Shown in pieces: positions 1 to 8,931 of a stretch of DNA of 64,000 nucleotides. Position 1 is the first letter of the stretch. Each line of letters starts with the position of its first letter. The position numbers and the translations under genes are program-made. Under the pieces are notes generated by a model. That model saw only the letters and a list, made by a program, of their open reading frames with translations. It had not been told where the DNA came from and searched no databases. Where the stretch lies: positions 144,851-208,850 of the forward strand of contig OY771555.1 of the NCBI GenBank assembly GCA_963674785.1, written 5' to 3'. This DNA is from Caldisericia bacterium (GTDB lineage: Bacteria; Caldisericota; Caldisericia; JAAYUI01).

Positions 1-185
1 CCTGATGATTCAATATTATCTTTCAATTGGTCAGCAATATCCTCAGAAATCAGGATTATCGCCACCTCTTTATCATTCAGATATTTGTCAAATTCAGTTT
101 CAATTTCATCTTTTTTCGGAGAAACAACCTCTGCACCCATATACCCCCAAGGCGAAACCTGAAGCGAGTTTCCAAATGCCACCAT
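1..185 (-). CDS. atpF: A/V-type ATP synthase subunit F (partial; N-terminal 61 codons, runs off window start)
   Basis: Reverse-strand translation from ATG at 183-185: MVAFGNSLQVSPWGYMGAEVVSPKKDEIETEFDKYLNDKEVAIILISEDIADQLKDNIESSG, matching the subunit F fold pattern. Not in ORF track because it has no stop inside the window. Lies 25 nt downstream of the subunit C stop. Confidence 0.75.
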   Translation of the reverse strand, partial: MVAFGNSLQVSPWGYMGAEVVSPKKDEIETEFDKYLNDKEVAIILISEDIADQLKDNIESS

Positions 186-210
186 CTTGCTTCTTTTATT
201 TTTTGTCTGC

Positions 211-1146
211 TCAGGAGGCATATGTCCTCCTATAGGCACTCTCAAGCTCTTCAGGTGGAATTGCAACCATGGCACCCGCAATCAACATCGCAGCATTCCT
301 AAATTCACGCTCAAGTTCCCAGAGATAACCAAATACAACCTCGGGGCCAGCTGGAATCAGTCTTGACTCAACTATTACATCAAACAATCTCTCATCAAGT
401 TTCTTCTCTATTTCATACATATCGGATGTATGAATACCGAGATTCCTTCCAACGGTTTCAAGGTCAGTATCGGAGCGAAGATTCAGGTTTCCTCCCGGGA
501 GTCCTCTGTAAGTACCATCACGTAAACCGGCACTTATAAGCAATCTTACATCCAATGTATCAACCCAATAACCCAAGATTTTTTTGAAATATGGAAGTTT
601 TGCGAACCTTGATGCTGATAAAAGATCGATCATGGTTTTTGACATTAATCTTCGGGCATTCCCAACCAACTCAAATTCATAGAGTCTTTTTGCCTTTGTA
701 ACAACATCTACGAGCTCAGATGGTAAATCAGAAATTTCACCGGATTCGCAAAATTTTGCTGTAACCGGTACAAGTGCATCAGTTATTATTGCGCCCTCAA
801 GAACCGCTTGTACCTGCTCAACCCCTCTTGGGAATTGGAAATAGTATGCAAGGTCGGGTGAACCACACTCTTCAGCCATCTTCTGGGATACTTCGTAAAG
901 ATGTGTATTTGCTTGAAAAGAGAAGGTTTCGGGATTTCCATCAAACCAGGTGAAGGTTTCCTCAATAACAGCTACCCGATTTTTTGATGCAAGATTTCTG
1001 AATCTTAAAAAATCAGACTCCGCAAGCAACCTAGTCTCCAAAACCTTGATTCTTGCTGATGTATATCTAAATTCCTCAGGATCAGGATTTGGTAAGGATG
1101 GCAACGAACTCATCTGCATCATCATCCACAACCCTCCTGCATTCAT
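211..1146 (-). CDS. atpC: A/V-type ATP synthase subunit C (V0 d-subunit homologue)
   Basis: 311-aa ORF in canonical position between subunits E and F. True start probably an internal Met (about 1113-1125), since the ORF-track start overlaps subunit E by 65 nt. Confidence 0.8.
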   Translation of the reverse strand: MNAGGLWMMMQMSSLPSLPNPDPEEFRYTSARIKVLETRLLAESDFLRFRNLASKNRVAVIEETFTWFDGNPETFSFQANTHLYEVSQKMAEECGSPDLAYYFQFPRGVEQVQAVLEGAIITDALVPVTAKFCESGEISDLPSELVDVVTKAKRLYEFELVGNARRLMSKTMIDLLSASRFAKLPYFKKILGYWVDTLDVRLLISAGLRDGTYRGLPGGNLNLRSDTDLETVGRNLGIHTSDMYEIEKKLDERLFDVIVESRLIPAGPEVVFGYLWELEREFRNAAMLIAGAMVAIPPEELESAYRRTYAS

Positions 1147-1633
1147 CCACGAGATCTAATACTTCATTGTATCCTGTGGTTTCAAAGACAATTTGGTAAT
1201 CATTTGCCTCAGAACTTATCACCAGATTCTGTTTCTTTGCAATTTCAGGAATCTCAGGTATTGATTCAGAAATCCTTACTCCAACTCGAATATTCCCATC
1301 TTTGCATCCAGAAACCCAATCCCTGATATGGTTTCTAACATCAGAATCGGAAAGCAATATTTCGGCTGATTTCACTGTAAGAGAATCAAGAGCATGATGA
1401 ATTACACGAAGATTGCTTGCTTTTTCCAGTGAGTTTAACTGGGCTTCTTTTGAGGAAGCTAAAATCTCTCTTTTTTTGGCAAATTCACGAGAAATTAATT
1501 CTTTCTTCTCGGTTATCATTTTCTCATTATCGGAGGTTATTTTTGCAATCTGCTGTTTTGCCAATGAGAGGATTTTTTCAGCTTCGAGCCGTGCCTCATC
1601 CTTAATGAGTTCAATCAGAGACTCTTTGCTCAT
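1082..1633 (-). CDS. atpE: A/V-type ATP synthase subunit E
   Basis: 183 aa with an N-terminal coiled-coil and C-terminal globular part; positioned between K and C as in ntp/atp V-type operons. Confidence 0.8.
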   Translation of the reverse strand: MSKESLIELIKDEARLEAEKILSLAKQQIAKITSDNEKMITEKKELISREFAKKREILASSKEAQLNSLEKASNLRVIHHALDSLTVKSAEILLSDSDVRNHIRDWVSGCKDGNIRVGVRISESIPEIPEIAKKQNLVISSEANDYQIVFETTGYNEVLDLVDECRRVVDDDADEFVAILTKS

Positions 1634-1635
1634 TT

Positions 1636-2118
1636 TTATATGATTGCACCCATCAAAATGATTGTAAGAAGAAGTCCAAGAACAGCATATGTCTCAACAA
1701 GTGCTGGCATGATGATTGCCTGACCAAAAGTTTGTTCCTGTTTTGCGACCATATTAATTGCTGCTGCGGACGTTCTTCCCTGGTCAACTGCCGAGAAATA
1801 ACAAACTATTCCCATTCCGATGAGCAAGAACATTAATCCAAGTGCCTGCCCGATTGATGGAATATTACCAGACATGATAGTCTGCGAACCAGCAAGGAAA
1901 GAGGCGATAAAGCCATAGAACCCCTGTGTTCCAGGAAGAACCGTGAGAACAAAGAGTTTACCGAAAAGCTCAGGACGTTCTGACATTACACCAGTTGTTT
2001 GAACTGACGCAGTTCGGAGCCCTCGGGCTGAACCCATTCCACTCAAAAATACGTTGACAATCATTCCAAGAACAATCCATGTCACTGGGTTATTAAACAT
2101 ACCAAATTCTATACTCAT
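1636..2118 (-). CDS. atpK: A/V-type ATP synthase subunit K (16-kDa, 4-TM proteolipid)
   Basis: 160 aa, two hairpins; motifs ERPELFGKLFVLTVLPGTQGFYGF and PALVETYAVLG. Single ion-binding Glu in the second hairpin. Confidence 0.9.
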   Translation of the reverse strand: MSIEFGMFNNPVTWIVLGMIVNVFLSGMGSARGLRTASVQTTGVMSERPELFGKLFVLTVLPGTQGFYGFIASFLAGSQTIMSGNIPSIGQALGLMFLLIGMGIVCYFSAVDQGRTSAAAINMVAKQEQTFGQAIIMPALVETYAVLGLLLTIILMGAII

Positions 2119-2121
2119 TTG

Positions 2122-4122
2122 TTACCTCCTGGAGGGAGACTCCTCCATCACATTGATTCTAGTATGATTTATTTCTGAATATGGTGTATATTTTTTCCCA
2201 CCACTCTCATAGAAACGTGAGTAAAACTCAAGGAAAACCAATCTTGCAGGATGCACAAAACTTCCAATTATGTTTAGGAAGAAATTGAAAAGGTGACCTA
2301 CAAAAAGTATTAAGATCGCAAAGATGATACCAAAACCCTTCAACCCCATCATCGCGGCGATTGAATTAAAAGCTTGTCCAACAATAGATGTCGTGAGTCC
2401 AAGAGCCAAAAGCCTTGAGTAACTCATAACATCTGATAAAAAACCGGTCGTACCGTATCCACCAAGTACACCATAAAGCGATATTACACCTACACCAATT
2501 CTTCCACCGACCGATTTTGCATCTCTTCCCTGTGAAAAAATAAGGAACAACGCACCGACACCAATCAGAATATACATTGTCATCATGAATACGGATGATG
2601 ATGCTCCAGGTGTCAGGAAATCGATTGCAAACATTGTTAGACCTGACAGGAAAACAATCCAACCAAGGGAATCGGTTACCGCATACAACCACTCACCATT
2701 CTTGATCTGCAGATATGCCTTATACAGAATCCCAAGAAACTGAGTTCCAATTCCAATATAGAGTGTCAGAACAAAGAACGGTATTGTTTTGATTAGTGGA
2801 TCAATTCCTATTTTCACAAGATCGTTTCTAAGACTAACAAGGGGTTCCCATGTAATAATTGTTCCAACCATGTCTCCACCCCAGGCACCAGTTAGAGCAC
2901 CAATGATGGTTACATATACACCACAGGTAATGAACGTTCCAAAAAACTTCTTTGCGCTTTCTTCATGTTTGTAGATTCTTCCAAACCAAAGTGAAAAGCC
3001 AATGAGCATGAGTCCATACAAAACATCACCAAAGCAGAATCCAAAAAAGATTGGGAAGATTATTGAAATTATAAAAGTACTATCAATTCCTCTGTAACCC
3101 GGTAATCCATACATTGCAGAGAGCATTTCAAAGTTTTTTGAGTATCTATTATTCGAAAGCTCTACAGGTGGATTATCCTCGTCAGTTATGTCTGTGATCT
3201 GAAGATGATATTTTTCAAGATTCTGTGAGATTTTGTTTTTGAAACCTTCAGCTTTTTGGGCAGGAAGATAGCCAACAAAAACTGAGGCATACATGGAATC
3301 CAACCCTAGATTTTTCACCCTCTCAGATTCTATATCGTTTTCGAGGTTATCAATGTTTACAATCAGAGCTAATTTATGTTTGTGAAAATCTTTTTTTAGG
3401 AGCTTAAGAATCTCTTTTTGCTCTGATTTGAGCCTTTCAATTTCAGCATCTATTTTCTCGACTTGTTCTTTTGGCGTGAGCTCCGAACTTGGAATCGGAA
3501 GAGATTCAAAACCATATTTTGAAAGTTCGAGTTTGACATCATCGCACTTCTCATGCTTACATGAAATTAGGACAACCCCTGAACTATAAACGGTTACTGC
3601 AACCTCATCCTCTGAATTGAGTTCTGAGATCTTTCCCAGATTTCTTCTCGGTATTTGACCAAGAATAAATGCAATGTGTTCCGTGTTTTCAATTCTTGTT
3701 GGGACAGGAAGGAATTTGTATCTTGAAATCAGATGTTTTTCATTCGAAATCTTTGAAATTGAATCTTTAAGTTTGTTATACTTTTGAGAATACTCATTCA
3801 CAGATGAAATAAATTCATGGAAATCAATACTATTTTTTAGTTCAACATATTTTTCAGGTGTAAGTCTTGGTCTTGGCCAGGAAAAATTAGATATAAATGG
3901 TAGCTTTTCTGGAAAAAAACTATCGAGATTTTCAAGAGCTTTTTTTGCTCTGTCAAGTCTCAGAGAAAACTCATTTTCACTAGAATCAGTGAGTTTTCCT
4001 TCTTTTCCAGTCTCAACTTTTCTAAAGTGCAAAAGGTTTTGTTTTTTGACAAGGTCTAAAGCTTCCCTTGCAGACCTCGAAGGAACTGCAAGCGTCACCT
4101 TCTTCATAGCAACTATTGCCAT
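2122..4122 (-). CDS. atpI: A/V-type ATP synthase subunit I (a-subunit)
   Basis: 666 aa; hydrophilic coiled-coil N-terminal half and polytopic C-terminal half; N-terminus MAIVAMKKVTL typical of subunit I. Confidence 0.9.
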   Translation of the reverse strand: MAIVAMKKVTLAVPSRSAREALDLVKKQNLLHFRKVETGKEGKLTDSSENEFSLRLDRAKKALENLDSFFPEKLPFISNFSWPRPRLTPEKYVELKNSIDFHEFISSVNEYSQKYNKLKDSISKISNEKHLISRYKFLPVPTRIENTEHIAFILGQIPRRNLGKISELNSEDEVAVTVYSSGVVLISCKHEKCDDVKLELSKYGFESLPIPSSELTPKEQVEKIDAEIERLKSEQKEILKLLKKDFHKHKLALIVNIDNLENDIESERVKNLGLDSMYASVFVGYLPAQKAEGFKNKISQNLEKYHLQITDITDEDNPPVELSNNRYSKNFEMLSAMYGLPGYRGIDSTFIISIIFPIFFGFCFGDVLYGLMLIGFSLWFGRIYKHEESAKKFFGTFITCGVYVTIIGALTGAWGGDMVGTIITWEPLVSLRNDLVKIGIDPLIKTIPFFVLTLYIGIGTQFLGILYKAYLQIKNGEWLYAVTDSLGWIVFLSGLTMFAIDFLTPGASSSVFMMTMYILIGVGALFLIFSQGRDAKSVGGRIGVGVISLYGVLGGYGTTGFLSDVMSYSRLLALGLTTSIVGQAFNSIAAMMGLKGFGIIFAILILFVGHLFNFFLNIIGSFVHPARLVFLEFYSRFYESGGKKYTPYSEINHTRINVMEESPSRR

Positions 4123-4442
4123 TTATCTTTTACCTTTGAGACAACCTTTCTTGCACAAACATCAATGTTTGTTTCTATTTTTGCTTTTTTTGTTTCGAAT
4201 CTTTCGGAAAGCACACCTTCGGCTGACTCGATCTCCTTGAGGCTAGCATCAGAAAGTCTCCTAAAAGCAATTAGCTCGGACTGTCTAGCTTCTTTGATGC
4301 TGTCATCAAGTCTGGATTTTGCATTACGGACTGCATCATCAACCATCTCTGATGCGTCACTTTTGGCAGTTTTTATGATCTGTGAAGCAAACTCTTCAGC
4401 TTCTTTTATTTGATTTATTATTTCCTCATCCATGATGACCAC
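4113..4442 (-). CDS. A/V-type ATP synthase subunit G/H-like (peripheral stalk)
   Basis: 109-aa Ala/Glu/Lys-rich coiled-coil protein at the head of the operon, overlapping the subunit I start. Likely true start at MDEEIIN (about 4433). Confidence 0.6.
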   Translation of the reverse strand: MVIMDEEIINQIKEAEEFASQIIKTAKSDASEMVDDAVRNAKSRLDDSIKEARQSELIAFRRLSDASLKEIESAEGVLSERFETKKAKIETNIDVCARKVVSKVKDKWQ

Positions 4443-4520
4443 ATCCTAACTCTTAAGCTAAAATCAGCAACTAAGCGTACATGTTGCTATGACACATAAA
4501 TCTGGAAATAGTTTTTCATT

Positions 4521-4868
4521 CTATTCCACCAAATCAATCGGGATCATCTCTATTTGTTCACTGTCGATTGCGACAAGAAAAAACTTTTGCTCGTAATCCT
4601 CAAAACTCTTGTTTTCAGAAATAAAAACCTGACTCGCAGAAAATAATCTCTTTATTCTCGTTTCTGAAAGGCTCTCTTTTGCCACACCGAATCGATTCGA
4701 TGTTCTCATTTTAACCTCAACAAAAGCAATTTCAGAAGCATTTTTTGCGATAAGGTCTATCTCACCTTCTCTTACTTTATAGTTTTTAACAACAATACTA
4801 AATCCTAGCTTGGTAAGATGTTCACTGGCTCTTTTTTCGCCAATCTTACCAACAATCTGGTTTCTCAC
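4521..4868 (-). CDS. yraN: UPF0102 family protein YraN (endonuclease-like)
   Basis: 115 aa; family resemblance (GEIDLIA...FVEVK); conserved position downstream of rnhB as in Firmicutes. Confidence 0.8.
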   Translation of the reverse strand: MRNQIVGKIGEKRASEHLTKLGFSIVVKNYKVREGEIDLIAKNASEIAFVEVKMRTSNRFGVAKESLSETRIKRLFSASQVFISENKSFEDYEQKFFLVAIDSEQIEMIPIDLVE

Positions 4869-5599
4869 TGGTTTTTTAGTAGGTCAATAATTTGGTTTTT
4901 TAGCTCTCCAGGGATTGTCTCTTTTTCGGAATCCCTTGAGATGATAAACTCAGAAAGATCGTTTGAGTGCAAGACTTTGATTGGAGAGTCAGTGATTCTA
5001 AGTGTTGTGTTTGGATGTGTGAAAACAACAACAGGTTCAATCCAGAGTCCATCGGTGTTTTCTGCTACTGATTCATCAATCACTTCCTTCAACTCCCAAG
5101 TTGAACGTTTGATTTGTCTTGCTGGATTTCCTATATGCCCTCTATAAAATCCACCTGCACGACCCCTTTTCAAATAGCTCCATTCTTCTCCCTGCCCATA
5201 TATCTCACCGTTATAGTGTTTGCTTTCGATTGCAAATATTGCGGATTTCCCAACAACAATGTGATCAATATCACAATTTCTGCCTTTCAGCGAAATATTA
5301 TTTAAAAGGGTGAAGTCATCGGAAATTTTCTCCAATGTCTTTGGAACGACCTTTTGACCAGCAAGACCAGCTCTCCAGATTGCAATCTCTCCAGCTCTAT
5401 TCATCAACACTATTCCACCAAAAAGAAAGAGTATAGTTCCGAGAATTATTAACATCCATGGCTGAAAAACACCGTCTGACGAGATTCCATAAGCAACAGC
5501 CACGAGTCCAAGTAAGATTAAAACAAAACCGCCAATAACTCCAAAAGTTTCTTTGACTATTTTTCTTTTTACAAAATCTCTTTTATTAATGACTAACAT
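4865..5599 (-). CDS. NERD domain-containing membrane protein
   Basis: 244 aa; two N-terminal TM helices followed by a NERD-like motif CDIDHIVVGKSAIFAIESKHY. Overlaps neighbours by 4-7 nt (operon). Confidence 0.7.
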   Translation of the reverse strand: MLVINKRDFVKRKIVKETFGVIGGFVLILLGLVAVAYGISSDGVFQPWMLIILGTILFLFGGIVLMNRAGEIAIWRAGLAGQKVVPKTLEKISDDFTLLNNISLKGRNCDIDHIVVGKSAIFAIESKHYNGEIYGQGEEWSYLKRGRAGGFYRGHIGNPARQIKRSTWELKEVIDESVAENTDGLWIEPVVVFTHPNTTLRITDSPIKVLHSNDLSEFIISRDSEKETIPGELKNQIIDLLKNQ

Positions 5600-6153
5600 A
5601 TCCTGAAGCTCCTTCTATGTATCCTTGAAAGCGCATTTTCCTTTATCGCCCTAAAATGCTCTGCGGTTCCATACCCTTTATTTTTTTCAAACCCATACTC
5701 TCGATAGATTTTTGAATACGTATACATGATATAGTCTCTTACGACTTTAGCAACAATTGAGGCTGCGGCAATTGCCTGAAATATTGAATCCCCTTTGACA
5801 ACAGACTCAACACAAGATGGCATATCATTGGGGATATGTGGTCCATCAATTAGAATCTTACCATCGGGATGATCAGAAAAAATGTCGAGAGCAACTCTCT
5901 TCATTCCACCCATAACAGCTCTAGAAATTCCATTTTCATCGATAAAATCATTCGAAATAACGGTTAGACTTACTAAAGAACTTTCTAGAATAATATTTGC
6001 CAAAAGAGTTCTCTTTTTTTCAGATAATTTCTTTGAATCGTTAACATCTTCAATTGATTCGAACAATTTGCAACCACAAATAACAAGGGGGCCTGCAATA
6101 GGCCCCCTTCCTGCTTCGTCAATTCCAATGTGATTTTTATCAAATATTAAAAT
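5593..6153 (-). CDS. rnhB: Ribonuclease HII (start codon non-canonical or unresolved)
   Basis: ORF track gives 5593..6066 (TTG start), but the conserved N-terminal catalytic motif IGIDEAGRGPIAGPLVICGC lies in the same frame upstream (about 6070-6135). No ATG/GTG/TTG exists between the in-frame TAA (6169-6171) and 6066; candidate AUU at 6151-6153 is preceded by AGGUAGGAA. 5' end uncertain. Confidence 0.75.
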   Translation of the reverse strand: MLIFDKNHIGIDEAGRGPIAGPLVICGCKLFESIEDVNDSKKLSEKKRTLLANIILESSLVSLTVISNDFIDENGISRAVMGGMKRVALDIFSDHPDGKILIDGPHIPNDMPSCVESVVKGDSIFQAIAAASIVAKVVRDYIMYTYSKIYREYGFEKNKGYGTAEHFRAIKENALSRIHRRSFRIC

Positions 6154-6160
6154 GCAGTTC

Positions 6161-6745
6161 CTACCTGATTATATGAAATCTATTGAGAGGCCAGAAAATA
6201 ACAAATGCCTCACCAACAATACTCTTTTTTTCAATTGGCCCAAACGATCTGGAGTCTTTTGAAGAATCTCTATTGTCTCCAAGAACAAAATACTCGTTAT
6301 CACCAAGCAACTCTCCACGCTTATGGCCTTCAGATTCTGGAGGGAGGACTTCTTGGCTATAATCGGTATCTGGAAACTTGTTCTCTTCAATAAACGGAAC
6401 ACCGTTTAAATAAACAGTTTTTGTATCTTGATCGTAGTCAATCCACTCGCCCGGAAGACCAATAACACGTTTGATATACTCTTCGCCATTATTCACACTT
6501 TTTGGTGGGTGAAAAACAACAATATCGCCACGTTTGGGTCCCGCCGAGATAAAAGCAAGCTTATTCACAAGAATCAGATCATCGTTGAGAATAGTCGGAG
6601 TCATTGAACCCATCTGCACCCTAAAAGGTTGAACCAAAAAAGTTCTGACACCAAAGGCAAGCAGCAGCGCAAGGACTACAACCGCGATCCACTCAAGAAT
6701 CTCTCTTCTTTTCGACTTTGTTTTAGGAGAAGCTAATTCGGACAC
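6161..6745 (-). CDS. lepB: Signal peptidase I (paralog 1)
   Basis: 194 aa; N-terminal TM anchor; Ser box GSMTPT, Lys box YIKRVIGLPGE, box E GDNRDSSKDSRSFGPI. Confidence 0.9.
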   Translation of the reverse strand: MSELASPKTKSKRREILEWIAVVVLALLLAFGVRTFLVQPFRVQMGSMTPTILNDDLILVNKLAFISAGPKRGDIVVFHPPKSVNNGEEYIKRVIGLPGEWIDYDQDTKTVYLNGVPFIEENKFPDTDYSQEVLPPESEGHKRGELLGDNEYFVLGDNRDSSKDSRSFGPIEKKSIVGEAFVIFWPLNRFHIIR

Positions 6746-6748
6746 TTT

Positions 6749-7132
6749 TTAGTTCTCTTCCGATTTTTTAGCTTTTGTTTCCTTTCTAACAATCCTGTCT
6801 TTAAGACGCTGTTTCTTACCAATCCTGTCTCTAAGGTAGTAAAGTTTTGCCCTTCTGATTTTACCGTGTCTGACAACTTCAATTTTGTCAACAAGCGGGG
6901 AATGTAGTGGATAAACTTTTTCTACTCCAAGGTTCTTTACAACTTTTCTTACAGTAAAAGTTTCAGCTACTCCGCCATTTTTTCTTGCAATCACGGTTCC
7001 TTCAAATATCTGAATCCTTGTTTTTGATCCTTCAGTAATTTTCTGATAGACCTTTACTGTATCACCGATCTCAAAACAATTCGGATCCTTCTTGAGCTGA
7101 TCCTTCACCACATCTCTAAGTAATGACTGCAT
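6749..7132 (-). CDS. rplS: 50S ribosomal protein L19
   Basis: Strong L19 resemblance (GDTVKVYQKI..., HSPLVDKIEVVRHGKIRRAKLYYLR). Start moved to ATG at 7130-7132, preceded by AGGAAGGA; the ORF-track start at 7168 is an upstream alternative. Confidence 0.9.
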   Translation of the reverse strand: MQSLLRDVVKDQLKKDPNCFEIGDTVKVYQKITEGSKTRIQIFEGTVIARKNGGVAETFTVRKVVKNLGVEKVYPLHSPLVDKIEVVRHGKIRRAKLYYLRDRIGKKQRLKDRIVRKETKAKKSEEN

Positions 7133-7242
7133 TTTATTCCTTCCTAATCTCCCTGGCAAAGGACACACCTAACCCAGGGCATACTTCTCATAACAGAATA
7201 TCGAATATATGGTAGTGTAGGACAATATTCAAGTATTTTGTT

Positions 7243-7794
7243 TTAAGGAATAAACTGAAAATGCCCAGGTGGCAGAAAAATTAAAAACGCTTTTCCAAGA
7301 ATCTTTGACTTTTTGACAGGTCCAAAGGCTCTCGAATCAAGTGAGTGTGAACGATTATCACCAATAACGTAGTACTCATCTTCACCAATCAACTCACCAG
7401 ATGCAGAATCACTGTTTTCGAGATTTGTTATTTCTCCAGTTGGGTCAGATAAAACATGGTCGCTGGTTTCAGAAATTCTTTCACCATCAATCCATATCTC
7501 TCCAGCTTTATATTCAATTCTTTCCCCGGGAAGCCCAACAACTCTTTTGATATAGTCATCTTTCCCAGTATATGGTGGTTCAAAAATAACAATATCCCCT
7601 CTTTTTGGTCCATCAAAAATATACGCCATTCTATTTACAAGGATATAATCACCATCATTTAGTGTGGGATACATTGAACTCATTCTCACCTGTCTGGGCT
7701 CAATTGCATAAACCCTGACAACCATCGCAAGACCAATAATCACAGTAAGAACAACTACCCACTCGAGAATTTTCCTCATCTGTTTACTTTTCAT
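7243..7794 (-). CDS. Signal peptidase I (paralog 2)
   Basis: 183 aa; SSMYPTL, YIKRVVGLPGERI, GDNRSHSLDSRAFGPV. Confidence 0.9.
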   Translation of the reverse strand: MKSKQMRKILEWVVVLTVIIGLAMVVRVYAIEPRQVRMSSMYPTLNDGDYILVNRMAYIFDGPKRGDIVIFEPPYTGKDDYIKRVVGLPGERIEYKAGEIWIDGERISETSDHVLSDPTGEITNLENSDSASGELIGEDEYYVIGDNRSHSLDSRAFGPVKKSKILGKAFLIFLPPGHFQFIP

Positions 7795-7807
7795 TTCACA
7801 CTAACTT

Positions 7808-8377
7808 TTACTTTATGAGACCAACATGGTCAAGAGGCCAAAAGACGAAAAAGGCTTTCCCAACAATCTGATTTCTTTTTATCGGGCCAAAACTTCTTGA
7901 ATCCATGGACACATTTCTATGGTCCCCAACAACATAATACTCATCTGAATTAAGCTTTATCCCTTTTTCAAGAATCTCGGAAGCAGAATTAAAATCTTGC
8001 TTATAGTCTGTTTTTTGTTTATCACTATTTTCAACAAAAAGTTTTCCATTGATATAAATCTCATCGCCTGAGACAGAAATGTATTCACCCGGAAGACCGA
8101 TAACCCTTTTTATTAAATCATCTCCAAAACCTTTATTTGGATGGAAAACTATCACATCTCCACGTTTTGGTTTAGATGTATAATAACACATCTTGTTTAT
8201 GAAGACTCTGTCATGATCTTCGATCGTTGGATACATAGAAGATTGTCTCACACCCCTTGGTTCAAATGCATAAATCCTTGTCACCAAAGTAAGGGATGAT
8301 GCAAAAACTATTGCCAAAACCCAACTTATAATCTCTTTTCTTAAACTACTTTTCATAAAAACCCCTCCAACAATCAA
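7808..8377 (-). CDS. Signal peptidase I (paralog 3)
   Basis: 189 aa; SSMYPTI, LIKRVIGLPGEYI, GDHRNVSMDSRSFGPI. Likely start at MKSSLRK (about 8356). Confidence 0.9.
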   Translation of the reverse strand: MIVGGVFMKSSLRKEIISWVLAIVFASSLTLVTRIYAFEPRGVRQSSMYPTIEDHDRVFINKMCYYTSKPKRGDVIVFHPNKGFGDDLIKRVIGLPGEYISVSGDEIYINGKLFVENSDKQKTDYKQDFNSASEILEKGIKLNSDEYYVVGDHRNVSMDSRSFGPIKRNQIVGKAFFVFWPLDHVGLIK

Positions 8378-8931
8378 AAAATACTCAGGTGATCAAGTGG
8401 CCACATAACTATCAAAACCTGACCCTTGATAAGTTCTTTCTCAATCGGCCCAAATGCTCTTGAGTCTCTGGAGACATCTCTGTTGTCCCCTAATACATAA
8501 TACTCGTCATCCCCCAGAATAATTCCATCGTCCGAGTTGCTTATTTGCATTCGGTTCGAGGCTTCAAAATTATGTCTAATGTTATCTTTGTCAAAAATCT
8601 TGCCATTTACAACAAGTTTACTTCCATTGTCTTCAATCACATCACCAGGTAAACCTACGACTCTTTTAACAAGGTCTTCTTCTTTATCAGGTGACCTGAA
8701 AACGATAATGTCCCCTCGATGGGGTTTTCCAAACGAATATGCAAGTTTTGAAACAAGGATAATATCCCCGTCCATAAGAGTTGGAAGCATTGATCTCTGT
8801 CTAACCTGTCTTGGTTCTAGAACGGATACTCTCAGGAAATAAAAAACTGTCAATACCAGAAGTATCGACACAGCCATTTTTATAGAATTTGCAAAAACTT
8901 TATTCATCTCTAAGACCATACAACCTATCAA
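8374..8931 (-). CDS. Signal peptidase I (paralog 4)
   Basis: 185 aa; RSMLPTL, LVKRVVGLPGDVI, GDNRDVSRDSRAFGPI. Likely start at MNKVFAN (about 8907). Confidence 0.9.
   Translation of the reverse strand: MIGCMVLEMNKVFANSIKMAVSILLVLTVFYFLRVSVLEPRQVRQRSMLPTLMDGDIILVSKLAYSFGKPHRGDIIVFRSPDKEEDLVKRVVGLPGDVIEDNGSKLVVNGKIFDKDNIRHNFEASNRMQISNSDDGIILGDDEYYVLGDNRDVSRDSRAFGPIEKELIKGQVLIVMWPLDHLSIF

Noticed and set aside
5-302. Plus-strand ORFs 5..235 and 27..302 at the window start
   Set aside because: They lie antisense to the 3' end of ATP synthase subunit C and the start of subunit F, which have clear family resemblance; no motifs of their own.
6066-6163. lepB-rnhB fusion or frameshift linking the two genes
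   Set aside because: lepB ends with an in-frame TAG at 6161-6163 and is in a different frame from rnhB; a signal peptidase / RNase H fusion is biologically implausible.
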